DNA of 64,000 nucleotides, taken from assembly GCF_009914755.1 (NCBI RefSeq), contig NC_060925.1; one strand, written 5' to 3'. Source of the DNA: the human T2T-CHM13v2.0 reference genome, Homo sapiens. The notes beneath the pieces were generated by a model. That model was not told the DNA's origin and made no database searches. It was given only the letters and a program-made list of their open reading frames with translations. The position numbers and the translations under genes are program-made. This document shows, piece by piece, positions 12,261 to 27,876 of the stretch (its first letter is position 1; each line of letters opens with the position of its first letter).

Positions 12261-13318
12261 TGTACTATGATAGCGTTTTTCCTGCCTAACACATTTCTTT
12301 CTCACCAACTACCCCTAAACTTCTTTTTGTAATGCTACTTTCTTTAAGCAATTGTTCCTCCCCTATTCTGAAAGAGCCCACACTACTACTGCTCAACCAT
12401 GGAGTAGACATGTGACCTAAACCAGACAAATAAGATTCTCTCTGCTTGAAATTTAGTTCTTGAAAACATCATAAGGTGGTCACTTCCTCTCAAGCTTGGC
12501 ATTTGGCTGGTGGGGACCCACGCGGGTTCAACACGTGTATCAAGAAGCATTATTTCTGTTTGGGGCCCATCTACCCTGGCCATGGCATAACGTTCATCCG
12601 CAATGACTGCAAGGTGTTCAGATTTTGTAAATCTAAACGGCATAAAAAAGTTAAAAAGCAGCACAATCCTTGCAAAGTTAGGTGGACTAAAGCATTCCGG
12701 GAAGCAGCTGGTAAAGAGCTTACAGTGGATAATTCATTTGAATTTGAATAACATAGAAATGAACCTATCAAATCCAGCGAGACCTATGGAATAAAACTAT
12801 TGATGCAATGAAGAGAGTTGAAGAGATCAAACAGAAACGCCAAGCTAAATGTATAATAAACAGATTAAGGAAAAATAAAGAGCTACAGAAAGTCCAGGAT
12901 ATCCAAGAAGTCAAGCAAAACATCCATCTTACCCGAGTCCCTCTTGAAGGCAAAGAGAAGCAGCTGGAAGAGAAAATAGTACAGCAGTTACAACAGGATG
13001 TAGACATGAAGATGCTTCTTAAACATCTCTGTAACCATTTCTTGATGTACATTTGAAAATGTCCTTTGGAGACTTGGAACTGCTAAATTATTGGTTTATT
13101 TTTTTATATGTGGTCACTTAAATGAAAAGTGATTAAAATATATCTTTCCTACATTACTGTCTTCAAAACATCAGCTATTACGGATGTTAGATTGAATCTT
13201 AGTGTAAAATCTACACTGATACATGTACTCATGTAAATCATGCAACTTCTACCTATAACTATAGAAGTGAATTGTGGACATAAAATGGTTATGCCATTTG
13301 GATAATGGCAGTAGGTAC

Positions 13319-14669
13319 TGTTTCCGGAATTGGTGGGTTCTTGGTCTTGCTGACTCGAAGAAAGAAGCCACGGACACTCGCAGTGAGTGTTACAGTTCTT
13401 AAAGATGATGTGTCGGGAGTTTGTTCCTTCAGATGTGTCCAGATTTCTTCCTTCAGGTGGGTTTGTGGTCTCGCTGACTTCAGGAGTGAAGCTGCAGACC
13501 TGCGCAGTGAGTGCTACAGCTCTCAAAGGCTGCGCGTCTGGAGATGTTTGTTCCTTCTGGTGGGTTCGTGGTCTCGCTGGCCTCAGGACTGAAGCTGCAG
13601 ACCTTCGTGGTGATTGTTACAGCTCAAAAAAGGAGTGTGGACCCACAGAATGAGCAGCAGCAAGGTTTGCTGCAACGGACAGAAGGACAAAGAACCCACG
13701 GTGTGGAATGAGACCCCAGCAGGTCGCCGCTGCTACCTCAGGCAGCCTGCTTTTATTCCCTTATCTGACCCCACCCACATCCTGCTGATTGGTCCATTTT
13801 ACAGACAGCTGATTGGCCCATTTTACAGAGAGCTGATTGGTCCATTTTGACGGGGTGCTGATTGGTACGTTTACAAACCTTGAGCTAGACACAGAGTGAT
13901 GATTGGTGCATTTACAATCCTTTAGCCAGACACAAAAGTTCTCCAAGTCCCTACTAGATAAGCTAGACACAGAGCACTGATTGGTGCATTTACAATCCTT
14001 TAGCTAGACACAGAGTGCTGATTGGTGCATTTACAATCCTCTATCTAGACATAAAAGTTCTCCAAGTCCCCACCAGATTAGCTAGATACAGAGTGCTGAT
14101 TGGTGTATTCACAAACCCTGAGCTAGACACGGAGATCTGATTGGTGCATATACAATCCTCCAGCTAGACATAAAAGTCCTCCAAGTCCCCACCCAACTCA
14201 GGAGCCCAGCTGGCTTCGCCTAGTGGATCCCGTGCTGGGGCCATGGGCAGAGCTGCCCGCCAGTCCCACACGGCTTGCCCGCACTCCTCAGCCCTTGGGC
14301 AGTCAATGGGACCAGGCACCATGGAGCAGGGGGTGGCGCCCGTTGGGGAGGCTTGGGCCGCGCTGGAGCCCATGGACTGGGGGGGGACTCGGGCATGGCG
14401 GGCTGCAAGTCCAGACCCCTGCCCTGCGGGGAGGCAGCTGAGGCCTGGCGAGAATTCAAGCACGGAGCAGGCGGGCGGGCAGTGCTGGGGGACCCGGCGT
14501 ACCCTCCGCAGCTGCTGGCCCAGGTGCTAAGCCCCTCACTGCCAGCTCAGAGAGGGGCTCCCACAGTGCAGTGGTGAGCTGAAGGGCTCCTCAAGAGTGG
14601 CCAGAGTGGACGCGAGGCCAAGGAGGTGCCTAGAGCGAGCGAGGACTGCTAGCACGTTGTCACCTTTCA
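13319..14669 (-). mobile_element. ERV9 solo LTR (LTR12D/E-like) in the pseudogene 3' UTR
   Basis: TG...CA termini; minus strand begins TGAAAGGTGACAACGTGCTAGCAG and ends ACCCACCAATTCCGGAAACA; 4-bp TSD GTAC/GTAG. Confidence 0.95.
13750..14150 (-). promoter_or_regulatory. LTR12 U3 enhancer/promoter: nine CCAAT (NF-Y-type) boxes and an AATAAA TATA-equivalent
   Basis: Nine TGATTGG copies in ~24-70 bp repeat units; plus-strand CTTTTATTCCC at ~13750 reads GGGAATAAAAG on minus. Activity is inferred from the family. Confidence 0.75.
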
Positions 14670-16284
14670 GTAGCATTTGTATAACAATGAATGGCAAAAA
14701 TTCATGGCTAGTGATGTATAAATTAAAATATTCTTTGCAGTAAAATATTCCTTTTATTAATGTTATAGAAGAGGGGATACAACAAGGAACTAACAATTTG
14801 TATGACAGCGTCAAATATTATTGTGATTTTAGTATTTCCTGTTTTGGTTTATTTGCATCTTAGAAGAGCATAATGACATTGTTTGATGAGGCCTAATTAT
14901 GCTGGACTGTTTTGACCTGGTTTAACCCTTCTGATAGGTAGATGTGGATGCTGGGGATGAGAACTGAATAATCTTTGCCTGGAATGGCATTACACTCTAG
15001 AATTTCCACTTTGGAGAATATTCGGTTCTAACCTGTGATTCCTGGTAGAACAAACTTTATTTTTCTAGCCTAACAATGATCTAGAAGCAGAGGAATCCCA
15101 GTGCCTTTTAAAAATTTATTATGTGGTTTTCTTTTAAAAAGCTCCTAATTGTTTTTGGAAAGTAGAATTTATGGGTACAACATCTGTTCATTATTTGGAC
15201 ATAAAATGAAACCATTTTAAAAGTAAAAAAAAAAATCATAAGGTAATAAAGGTAATTGGGGGTAAATGATACGATGGTGTCGTAGGAGCAATGCGATCTG
15301 CTAGCTTCTGTTGCTTGGCTCCTCCAAGCAGTCTTGGTTCTCCTTGAGCTTTCATTGTTCAGCTCTTTGTTTCTTCAAAATATCCCCACTGTATTTTCAA
15401 CACACTCCTCTTTTATTGCTATTAAATGCCTATTAGTCATTGTTTGCCACCAGATAAATTCAATTCAAATGATTAGAATAGCTAGAAATAGCGATTTACT
15501 TACCTGGGCAGAATGGTGTTTTACTTACCTGGGTATATTAACCTGGTAGAAAAATTAGGCAATACCAATAGAAGCAAAAAAAAGCACTAACATTTAATGC
15601 TTAATCTTTAAAAAAGAAAACTCTTAGTAAACTAAAAATAGAAGGCATTTTCCTTAACTTAAAGATATTTGCCAGAAAACATCATAACTTGACAGTGACA
15701 TTTAAAGTAACCTCATGAAAGTCAGGATAAGGTAGCTACCTTCTATCAGTCCTACTATTCAACATTGTCCTAGAGGCCCTGGCCAGAGCCTCTAGGTGCC
15801 ACTAAGATAAGAAAAATCAAGACAGAAACAAAATTATCTGCAATTATTTTAATAACCTTGTAACTAAAGCAATGTCTTCAGAATCATTTAGTACATGATC
15901 TTTATCCTAATTACTGAGGGGCAGGTAGGGATAGAGATTATAATTTGGTTTTACAAAAAGAAAAAATGCAGTAGTATTTTACTTGCAAATAAGATTAATT
16001 TTGGAGGGAGCAGAAAAGACACCAAGTCTTTCTATGACTGCAAAGCCATGATGGAAAAAAAAAATGGTGAAAGGTAAGTTTCAAATAATTGTTTTCTTTT
16101 TGGGGGGCTTCAGAAGAAAGGGATGCAAGACAGCGAAGCTGGTCAATGTGGTCCCAGGTTACCCTTTTGGGCAAGAAAAGAGACAGATATATAAGATAAA
16201 GAGGATAAAACTTGAGGACAGAGAGGTCTCGTGTCTCCTGTTTCCCATTTGGGGCTCTGGGTGGAGTCCGATTCATAGATTACC

Positions 16285-16708
16285 TGTATAAGGCCATTCT
16301 CACATTGCTATAAAGACATACCTGAGACTGGGTAATTTATAAAGCAGAGAGGTTTAATTGGCTCATGGCTCTACAGGCTTTATAGAAAGCATGGTGCCAA
16401 TGTCTGCTCAGCTTCTGGGGAGGCTTCAGGAAGCCTACAATCATGGCAGAAGGTGAAGGGGGAGCGGGCATGTTACATGGCAGAAGCAGGAGCAAGAGAA
16501 AGGAGAGGGGGAGGCGCCACACACTTTGAAACAACCAGATCTCGTGAGAACTCACTGTCATGAGGCTTGTACCAAGAGGATGGTACTAAACCATTCAAGA
16601 GAAATCTGCTCCCATGATCGAATCACCTCCCACCAGACCCCACCTCCAACATTAGGGGTTATAATTGAACATGAGATATAAATGAGGACACAGATCCAAA
16701 CCATGTCA
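16285..16708 (-). mobile_element. MST (MSTA/MSTB) MaLR solo LTR
   Basis: tgtataaggccattctcacattgctataaag...ccaaaccatgtca; 5-bp TSD TTACC/CTACC. Confidence 0.88.
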
Positions 16709-17311
16709 CTACCCAAAACCATAATGGGATTAAAACACACTAAAGCAAATTGGAGATACATGCAAAGTGAGGTATTGAAATTTAGTTTTCACAGGCCACC
16801 ATCAATTCCTATCCAGTAGGACACGAGATTCAGAGTCTGGGAACCTGTGACCTGAGAGCAGAGGGTGGGAGGGACCATCAAGCCAGAGGGTTAGGCAGAG
16901 AATGAGGCTAAGACTCAGGGGTGCAGCCAGCAAGAACTGAGGGGATTGCATGTTGTTAGAGCAGGGGCAGAGGGACTGGGGCCTGTGGGGAGGGGTGAGT
17001 ATGACCACTGCATCCAGGAGCATTAATAAATTTAAAAAAAATGAGTTGTAAATTCAGTGTCCAGAGACTACTGTACTGAAGTCCATCAGAGCAAAGATGT
17101 CACCACAGAGAAGACAGAATAAGAGTATTACACCCATCCGAATCCTCCTTCTCATCACCACCACTAAGACAGGGCAATTTTCCTCATATACCCAGACCCT
17201 ATCTTGGTGAAATTAAAAGGGAAGGGGCCAGCTCTCCAAAAAACTGTGCTTTTTTTTTTCCTTTCCCTGGAGAGACTGAGAACACACTAAAGAGACTACT
17301 TCAACTGTTAG

Positions 17312-17639
<328 letters not shown>

Positions 17640-18309
17640 GACACTGACTGTTTAATGTTAACATTTAAATGTTTTCGCTGCTAACTAACAAGCCAGGAAA
17701 CCAGATCAATTCTAGACACAATAAATAAATTACATTTTCTGTCAAAATAAGTGGCAAGATTATATAAAGTTATAAACCTGGGTCAGTCTACCAAAGAACC
17801 ACAAGATGATCAATTGGAAATTTGTTTTAGAACAAAGAAGAGAATCAAGTAAGGTGGCCAGATAGGTCTACATATAAAAATCAGAAGTTTTACATGAAAA
17901 ATAACCAATTAGAAATATAATTTTTTTAAAAAAGATCCCATTCATAATACACTCTCCTTATGAGATGTGCCAGATAGTATTTTTAAAAACTATAAAATAT
18001 TACTTTAGAGTGTGAGAGAAAACCTAAATAAATGAGATATTGCATGATCTTGGGTGCGAAGATTTTATTTTTAATGTCAAATTTCCAAAAGGATTTTTTA
18101 CTTGAAATTGACAAAATGAGACTAAAGTTTGTTTGGAAGATTAGTCAATAAAATGCACTTCTTCTCCAGAGCAATGACTAGGAATTTCTGTTACCACAGG
18201 GAAAGGAGCTACGCACACCATCCAATCCCAGTTGGCTTTCCAGCCCACCTGTCTCGCCCGCCCTCCGGACTCAGCACCTGTCCCTCAGTCCTGCCAAGGC
18301 TACGGAGTC

Positions 18310-18460
18310 AAGCAGATCACAGTGACCTTGGGCAAGGTCAAACTGATAAACCTCTCTGAGCCTCAATTTCCTCATTTGCAAGATAAGGTCACCTAGGTTG
18401 CTGGACTAATAATTGAATGAAATATAATTCCGTAATTTCAATGTCTGGTGAGATCTCTTG
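18310..18460 (+). mobile_element. MIR
   Basis: gtgaccttgggcaagg...cctctctgagcctcaatttcctcatttg. Confidence 0.7.
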
Positions 18461-18813
18461 CAAATAACATGTACTAAATAGATAGATGTAACAGTTGTAA
18501 TTATTGTTATTACTCTCATTATTACTACTATTATTTGGTCAATATTGTTAGGTCTTGCAATAAAAAAGGATTTACTAAAAATAAGACTAAAAATAGAGCT
18601 TGCAAAAGACAAGAGTTGTACATTTAATTATAAAAATTTAAACTTCCTATACAGCAAAGAACATCATAAACAAAGTTAATTCGCAGAAAAATATATCTGT
18701 GACACATACAAAACATGAAGTCAACTATCTTAGATATATATTTTTAAGTCATACAAATTAATAGAAAAAAGATAAAATGTAAAGAGAAAAATGGACAAAA
18801 GATCTAAAATGGC

Positions 18814-19193
<380 letters not shown>

Positions 19194-19499
19194 TCAAAGT
19201 ACAAATAAAAATGATAATCATGTTCACATACATTTGGCAAACATTATAAAAACTTAAACTGGAATATATCCAATTTGCTTTGGGTAGAATATATTTATGT
19301 TCTTTGCAATCACTTTCTGGTATAGGTAAGTTTTCCTGCTAAACCTTTTCTGGTGTGGTTGTTTCCCTGGGATACAACTAAGGCCTCTGGGGCAACTCAC
19401 CCATATCTTGACACAGATACTTTGATACCTGGTCAGTGAGTGTCACCAATTCAGATCACTTAAGAACAGTCATTGAACAAGAAAATTGAAAGTCTCTGA

Positions 19500-19780
19500 A
19501 ATCTTACTGCTCATATATGAAAAAAATTTTATATAATTCTAAAAAACATTTTAATAATTCTAAAAAATTTGCAAAACATTGCCAAGAATGAGCTATGAAT
19601 CTGAAACAACATTTTCTAAACTATTAATATGACTTTAAAACTTTAAAATTAGACATGCCACAGGAAAGACTAGATTATCTTTCTATTCTCTCTATAAAAA
19701 TACTAGAAAATTGTCCTACAAAGAGGTAATCATAGAGAATACAGATTAAAAATACGGGAAAGAAATATTATAGGTGTATC
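19500..19780 (+). mobile_element. hAT transposase C-terminal relic (Zaphod-like)
   Basis: Broken translation ETTFSKL...MPQERLDYLSILSI resembles the hAT dimerisation domain. Confidence 0.6.
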
Positions 19781-20760
19781 AGGCATTCAATAGTCATGTC
19801 GCTGAATATTTGAATATCATCTCTGAATACTAGGACAGGAAAATATGGAGAGGGGAACTCAAACAGTGCTGCTTTGGACAAGGAGGTTCAGTCCTCTTTT
19901 TCCTAATCTGACTATTTTTCCACCCACATTTTGAGTGCTAACATTTAGACTGCCGTGACTAGCAAATAGTTCCATGATAAAGGAGCCAAGAACCCAGGTT
20001 CTTTGTCTTGGTTTTACATGAGAGGGGCAAGAGGGAACCTCAGACCTCCTCGGCCTAAAAGAACACCAAGAACACAGGGCCAGCTACCTAAGCAGGTAAA
20101 GAGTATACATTCCCTGTGAATGTCACCTTGGCATTGGGCCCTTTGCATTCAGGAATCCAATTATATGAATGCTCAGTACATCTTAACATATTTAGTAGTC
20201 CTGAAGGCCATTCCTCTAGAATAAGAAACAGAAATTGAGCTGCTATTTCAGTTTAGCCTAGTCTTTGGCCAGGAAGTTCAGCCAAATCACTTTGGAAGCC
20301 ATGACAGTTTGTCACTGGAGATGCAGGACATCAAAGAGAGCTCACTTACAACACATCAGAGTGAAAATGCTATTTGCTGCCCAACTGCCAGCAGAGGAGG
20401 TGCATTTGAGACTTTAACAGGATTGGAAGAGAAGCTTGCCACACACAATTTATCTTTCCCAATTGTCTTCACTGTTTTTTTCCACAGCTAAGAGACAAGT
20501 ACCCAGCCTCTACAAACCCGTTGTAGCTCAACAAATAACATATAAACCAGCAAGGCAGACAGTCCATTTCATTTCCAGGTTATCTGAGGATGCCCATATT
20601 TTTGTATGTGGGATGAATAGAGGAGGATATGATGTTTTAGAACTTTTTATTTTGAAATAATTATAGACTTATAGGAAGTTGCAAAAATAGTACACGGAGT
20701 CTCATGCCTTCTTCATCCAACGTCCCCTAATAGTGACATTGCAAATAACTGTAGTATAAT

Positions 20761-20919
20761 TAGGATTGCCAGATAAAATGTAAGATATACAGTTAAATTT
20801 GAATTTCAGATAACAAATAACTATTCATTAGAAATGTTTCCTGATATTCCTTGTTGTTTATCTAAAGCTAAATTTAACTAGGTGTGCTGTATTTTTATTT
20901 GCTGAACCTGGCAACCCTA
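20761..20919. mobile_element. MER53 palindromic MITE inside a minus-strand L1M 3' end (~20636-21030)
   Basis: Termini TAGGATTGCCAG...CTGGCAACCCTA; internal inverted cagttaaattt/aaatttaacta. Confidence 0.85.
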
Positions 20920-21712
20920 AGAGGTGTAAAATGTAAAAATGAGGAAATTGACATTGGTACAGTATTGGTAACAAGACTACAGATCTCATTCAGTTTTCAT
21001 CATTTTTACATTCGTTCATTTATATAGTTATATACAGTTGTGTGATTTTTTTTAAATTTCGAAAACAAAAACAAAAGGTCTGAGAACTTTGCAATGCAGA
21101 GCCCACCACAGCCATGCCTAATCACTGCCCGATTTGCCATGGAACTGATGATTCACTCAAGCCTGGCCAAAGTTATAGGCTATGAGCAGCAGAACTGGTG
21201 GGAACCAACAGATTTGGGGTTTGCTCTAGCCTAAAGAACTCAATTAGCTTTCCACTGCCTGAGGAAGGTCATCCACTTGAATGTCCTTTGTTTTTATTAT
21301 CCCTAGACCGTAATTTCCTGCGTGAATGGCCACTTTCATGCTTTGTAACAAGAGGATGAGTCAAATTCCTTTGCTTGGGCTATAATTTATAATCTGCAAC
21401 CCACAATTCGATATTCAATCTCTTCGTTTTCTTTGTGAACAGTGGTGCTAAAAATAAGAAAAGAAAGTCCTGTGGAGAAAACAAATCCAACCTCACACTG
21501 TCTAAGCCATGCTAACCAGGCGGCTTTCGTCAAGGACCCATGGTCAGAGGCATGGGCATCCGCTGTCAGAATCACCAGACGAAGCCAGGAAAGGATTTGC
21601 TCCATTGTGAGACACATCCCCCCAGCCCCATGACCTCTGCCAGGCTATTTCAGCCACCTAAGCCTCTCAGAAAGAGCATACTTTAAATGTAAGTGGTGTT
21701 GCTTGCCTCTTA

Positions 21713-22055
<343 letters not shown>

Positions 22056-23318
22056 AAAGATACACAACACCAAAATAGTATCCCGAGACACAAGAGAATA
22101 AATCTGCAGGAACGTTGATTCATCTGTAGCTGGGGAGACCAGAGAAATCTTCTGGGGGACCTGTACCTAGATCCTTCTCCTATGTGGAGAAGACTCCTTA
22201 GAGTTATTCCCCAGACTGCTACAACCCAATGATCAACTTTTCCTAGGTTCCCATTGAAAAGGGAGGAAAATGAGAATTCAGTGATGTGTTTTTCATAGTT
22301 AACTATTTCAATTTAAAGGAGTGACTTTTATTCTAAGTTATGTTCTTTCTGTTTTTTAGTAACAAAATGTCCTGTCTGTTATAAAACGATAGTAAGATTT
22401 TCTGTTCTTTGTTGTTCTTTGGCAAATAAAATGTTGATGTGTCTGTCATTTATAGCCACAATAATTCTATGAAACACACTACCTCCAAAGCTCAATGTCA
22501 TATAAAAATAAGCATGTGTTTCTTGGGCATGTCTAAGATTGGCTGGGACAGCCTTTTACCACGTGTGTCTCAATATCCTGGGTCCACTGTGCTATCTGTG
22601 CATCCTGTCCCCATGACAGTGGCAGAGAGATAAACAGCCAGCCTAAACATCCCATTGATCACAGCTAATGACATGGTTGAGCCCAAAGTCAAGGGATGGA
22701 GAAATACACTCCACCCTTTATGGGGCTAAGACTGTGAAAGTATAGCAACGCTACAGGGGTGGGGAATGCTGTTGTGGCTAATAGTCCAGTCTATCACATG
22801 TCGGTAATTATATCAGCTCCCATTTTCTCTTGGTATTTGCTGACCCAGAGAAAGACAGCCATTTGAGCATCACAGCTTCAAAGGATATCTTTGGCCATAG
22901 GAATAAAAACCTAACCTAATAAAGAGTAGTTTAGAAAAACCAGAAGTAGGAGCCATGAGATTGGAATTTATCATCAGCAATACTATGGGCCCTCATTAGG
23001 CGGTGACTGTCTCAGCTGTGAGTGTTCTGTGCTTGCATCTCCTTTTTTGCAAAATATGATCATCTGGAGGCAATCTACAATGACTGTACTGCATCTGTCA
23101 CATTTTTAAGGCATCTTTGATATAGTGGTTAGGTGTTTCGTTTTGTTGGAACCATGGGAATCAAATTTACTATGCAGAATTCTGTGTGAGATCATAGATC
23201 ATAGATTAATTCACCTGCCCAGCCTTCTCTGCACACCTGCAGTGGATCTCATTTCCATCCAAGGACTTTAATATTATTAGTTCATTATTAATTCATCATC
23301 CAAATTGCCACTTTATGA

Positions 23319-23630
<312 letters not shown>

Positions 23631-26049
23631 TGATACTCCAACTGTTTTTGAGCTTGTTCGGGTTCAATTTTGTCAATGAAATGCTCAGCGCTTTGTTTAT
23701 GTTTTTAATTTTTTTTAATTAAAAAAATACCCTGGAAATCATCACCATGGCCTTGAGTCAGAAAGTTTAATAAACAAACATTGACAATTCCAACCGACAG
23801 TTAAAACATCTTGAAAATTACCTGCTCACTTACACTATCATCCCAGCAGAATGAGGGTATCTGTAATAGTCAACAAAGACAAATGGCTTAAACTTTGTTC
23901 CGGGTCCTGTCTCTGACTTGTGGCGCTAGAGTGGGCATGTTGCTTAATTTCTATGTCTCTCTGGTTCTACATTTACAAACTGGGGGTGGCGATGGGATTG
24001 AAATCTGTGTTTGCACATGTTTTGAAGCTCTTTGGAAGAAAAATTATACAAACCTGGAAAGCATCTTATAGTCCTAGGAAGAATGTTGCTCAAGTCTTAG
24101 CACAAAGCCAGGGGAGAACAGCTGCCTCTCAGCAGAGATCTAAATATCTTGCTTCTCCTTTCTCAGAAGAAAACACTGAACATGCAGCCACCTGTTTCCT
24201 GGCCAGGATGCTGGGTGCAATTGCACACAAGGGAGAAAAAGGCCTTTTGTTTTCTAACCAGCTGCATTTGCCGGCAGGTCTGTTGGAGTTCTACAAAACA
24301 GCGTGTGTCACGTTCTATAAAACAGCGTGTGTCACACAGCTTGGTGCTGCATGGCTGGACTCCCTGGTTTCTCTATTTTAGAACATCCAGGGGTTTGTGT
24401 CCCCTTTAAGAAAAGGTCATTTGGACATAATAACATTTGCCACCTTCACCAAGGCTCAATTCAAAGAGGAGTTGGCTCAGTTTGCATCAAACAATAAAAG
24501 ACCTTTGTGGGACTAGGAGGGAGATGGAGAGAGGAGGAGGCAGAGTGGAATGGAGTGGGGAGCCCTATCCTGGTAAGTTTCTGGGCACTAGAGGTTTTGT
24601 TCTGTTTTTCTTCATAAACAGGTGAACTGATTTCCTCTTATCAGGTAGAAATTCATTTAAATATCAAGTCGCTCAGGGTGCTCAGGTGAAGAGGCTGGTG
24701 ATGCTCCAGCCCAGATGCCTAGTCTTCGAGGAGAGCAGAAATGGCACCTTCTCCCAAGAAAGATGAACAGGAGGGAGTGGAAAGTCTCCAGCCTCACAAA
24801 AGACAGAAAAGCAGCAGCAGCAAGTGCATCACAATTCTGGAATCTGGGAAATAGACACGGGAATGGTAAATGCCTTTCTCGTGGTCATGCAGAAGCTGAA
24901 TCCCAGCCAGCAGAGGCCCAAGCCAAGAAGCCACAGGACTGATGTCATGTGGGCTCCTGCGTCTCGGGAATCACAGGCTTGGAGTATGCCTAGAAGTCTT
25001 TGCCTAAAGAAGACTGGGCACACGTGTTTCAGCAAAACTCTAGAACCACAGATATTTTACTCAAGCCCTGTTAGCCAAACTATTGCCCCTATCTGAACCC
25101 AGAAAGCAGACTGGATGTTATTCTCTGAGAGTATCAAACAGAGAGTCTGTTGGATTAGAAACACCCAGGTGTGGTGTAAGCCAGGACTGTGCCAAGGAAC
25201 ACAGGTGGTTTAAGCAAACAATTTGTCTATTCTACTTTGAAAATCTCCCTCAACACGATCCCTTACCTCAGGGCTTTCCTCGCCCTTTCTAACAGCATGG
25301 AGCTGAATGGGTATCTTTCAGACAAGATATTAGAAGAGCCTTCTCTTAAATGAAACAATTAAGATATACCAAGATTGAGAATTCCCTAAGGAAACAGACT
25401 CCCCGCCTCCCAGCCCATCCTACTATGTGCCTGCAAATGGGCAAACCTCCCCCACCTGCATCAGCTTTTTAGTGTGACAATTTTAAAACATATGAACACG
25501 CAGGGAGGCTCACCAGATGCTGAAATATAATTTGTAATTAAAAAAAAGCAGGAGTCACAATATATCAAGAGTAAAAAGGAAATTTGGAGAAAGCAAATAC
25601 TCAGGGGGATTTAAAAAAAAAATCTTGCAAACAATTGTTTTTCCATAAACCACTAGGGAAAAGGTAGATTGTTTGGTAGATTGTATTGGAAAAACTGGTT
25701 TACCATTTTGAGAATTTGAAGTTGGATCACTGCCTAATGCTACAAATAAAGGGAGATGCTAGAAGAATTAAAGGCCTAAAATTGAAAAGTAAAGCTATAA
25801 AGTTGATATAATGAAACATAAAAGACTACTCCCATGACTTAGGAGCAGGGAGAAACTTCTTTACACAAAATTCAGAAACAATACCTTGAACAAAACATGA
25901 AATAAATTGATAACATCCAATATAGGAATTTCTGTTTAATGGAGGGTGCTAAGGACGGTGACCATGGGAGGAGATATTTTCAATTTCTAAAATCAGTAAT
26001 GGTGTCTAGAATATAAAGGGAACTCCTTCAAATGAGCAAGAAGAGACCA

Positions 26050-27876
<1,827 letters not shown>

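Larger units (their letters stand above)
12478..15234 (+). pseudogene. RSL24D1P: Processed pseudogene of RSL24D1 (RLP24/RPL24-like ribosome biogenesis protein)
   Basis: Intronless. CDS relic 12533-13022 reads [35 protein letters not shown]...[13 protein letters not shown] then [14 protein letters not shown]...QQLQQDVDM. Start ATG>ACG (12533), nonsense TAA (12749-12751), frameshifts near 12773 and 13008. Poly(A) at ~15225-15234; TSD ATCATAAGGT (12468-12477 / 15235-15244). The paralogue number cannot be determined. Confidence 0.96.

Noticed and set aside
13780-14190. Repeat-spacer pattern resembling a CRISPR array
   Set aside because: The spacers are themselves repeated and variable in length; this is the ERV9/LTR12 U3 enhancer repeat in a primate genome
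14164-14660. GC/CpG-rich patch with several overlapping ORFs
   Set aside because: Lies wholly within the LTR12 U3; the ORFs reflect stop-codon scarcity in GC-rich DNA
15497-15533. Match to the U1 snRNA 5' end (TACTTACCTGG)
   Set aside because: Only about 11 nt match and the U1 body is absent, so it is not a U1 gene or pseudogene
20761-20919. MER53 as a miR-1302-type precursor
   Set aside because: The central segment carrying the TTGGGACATACTTAT-like mature sequence is decayed or deleted in this copy
23920-24381. 153-aa ORF
   Set aside because: Starts at a non-ATG codon in a MIR-like relic, has no recognisable domain, and its internal repeat is explained by the 24-bp duplication
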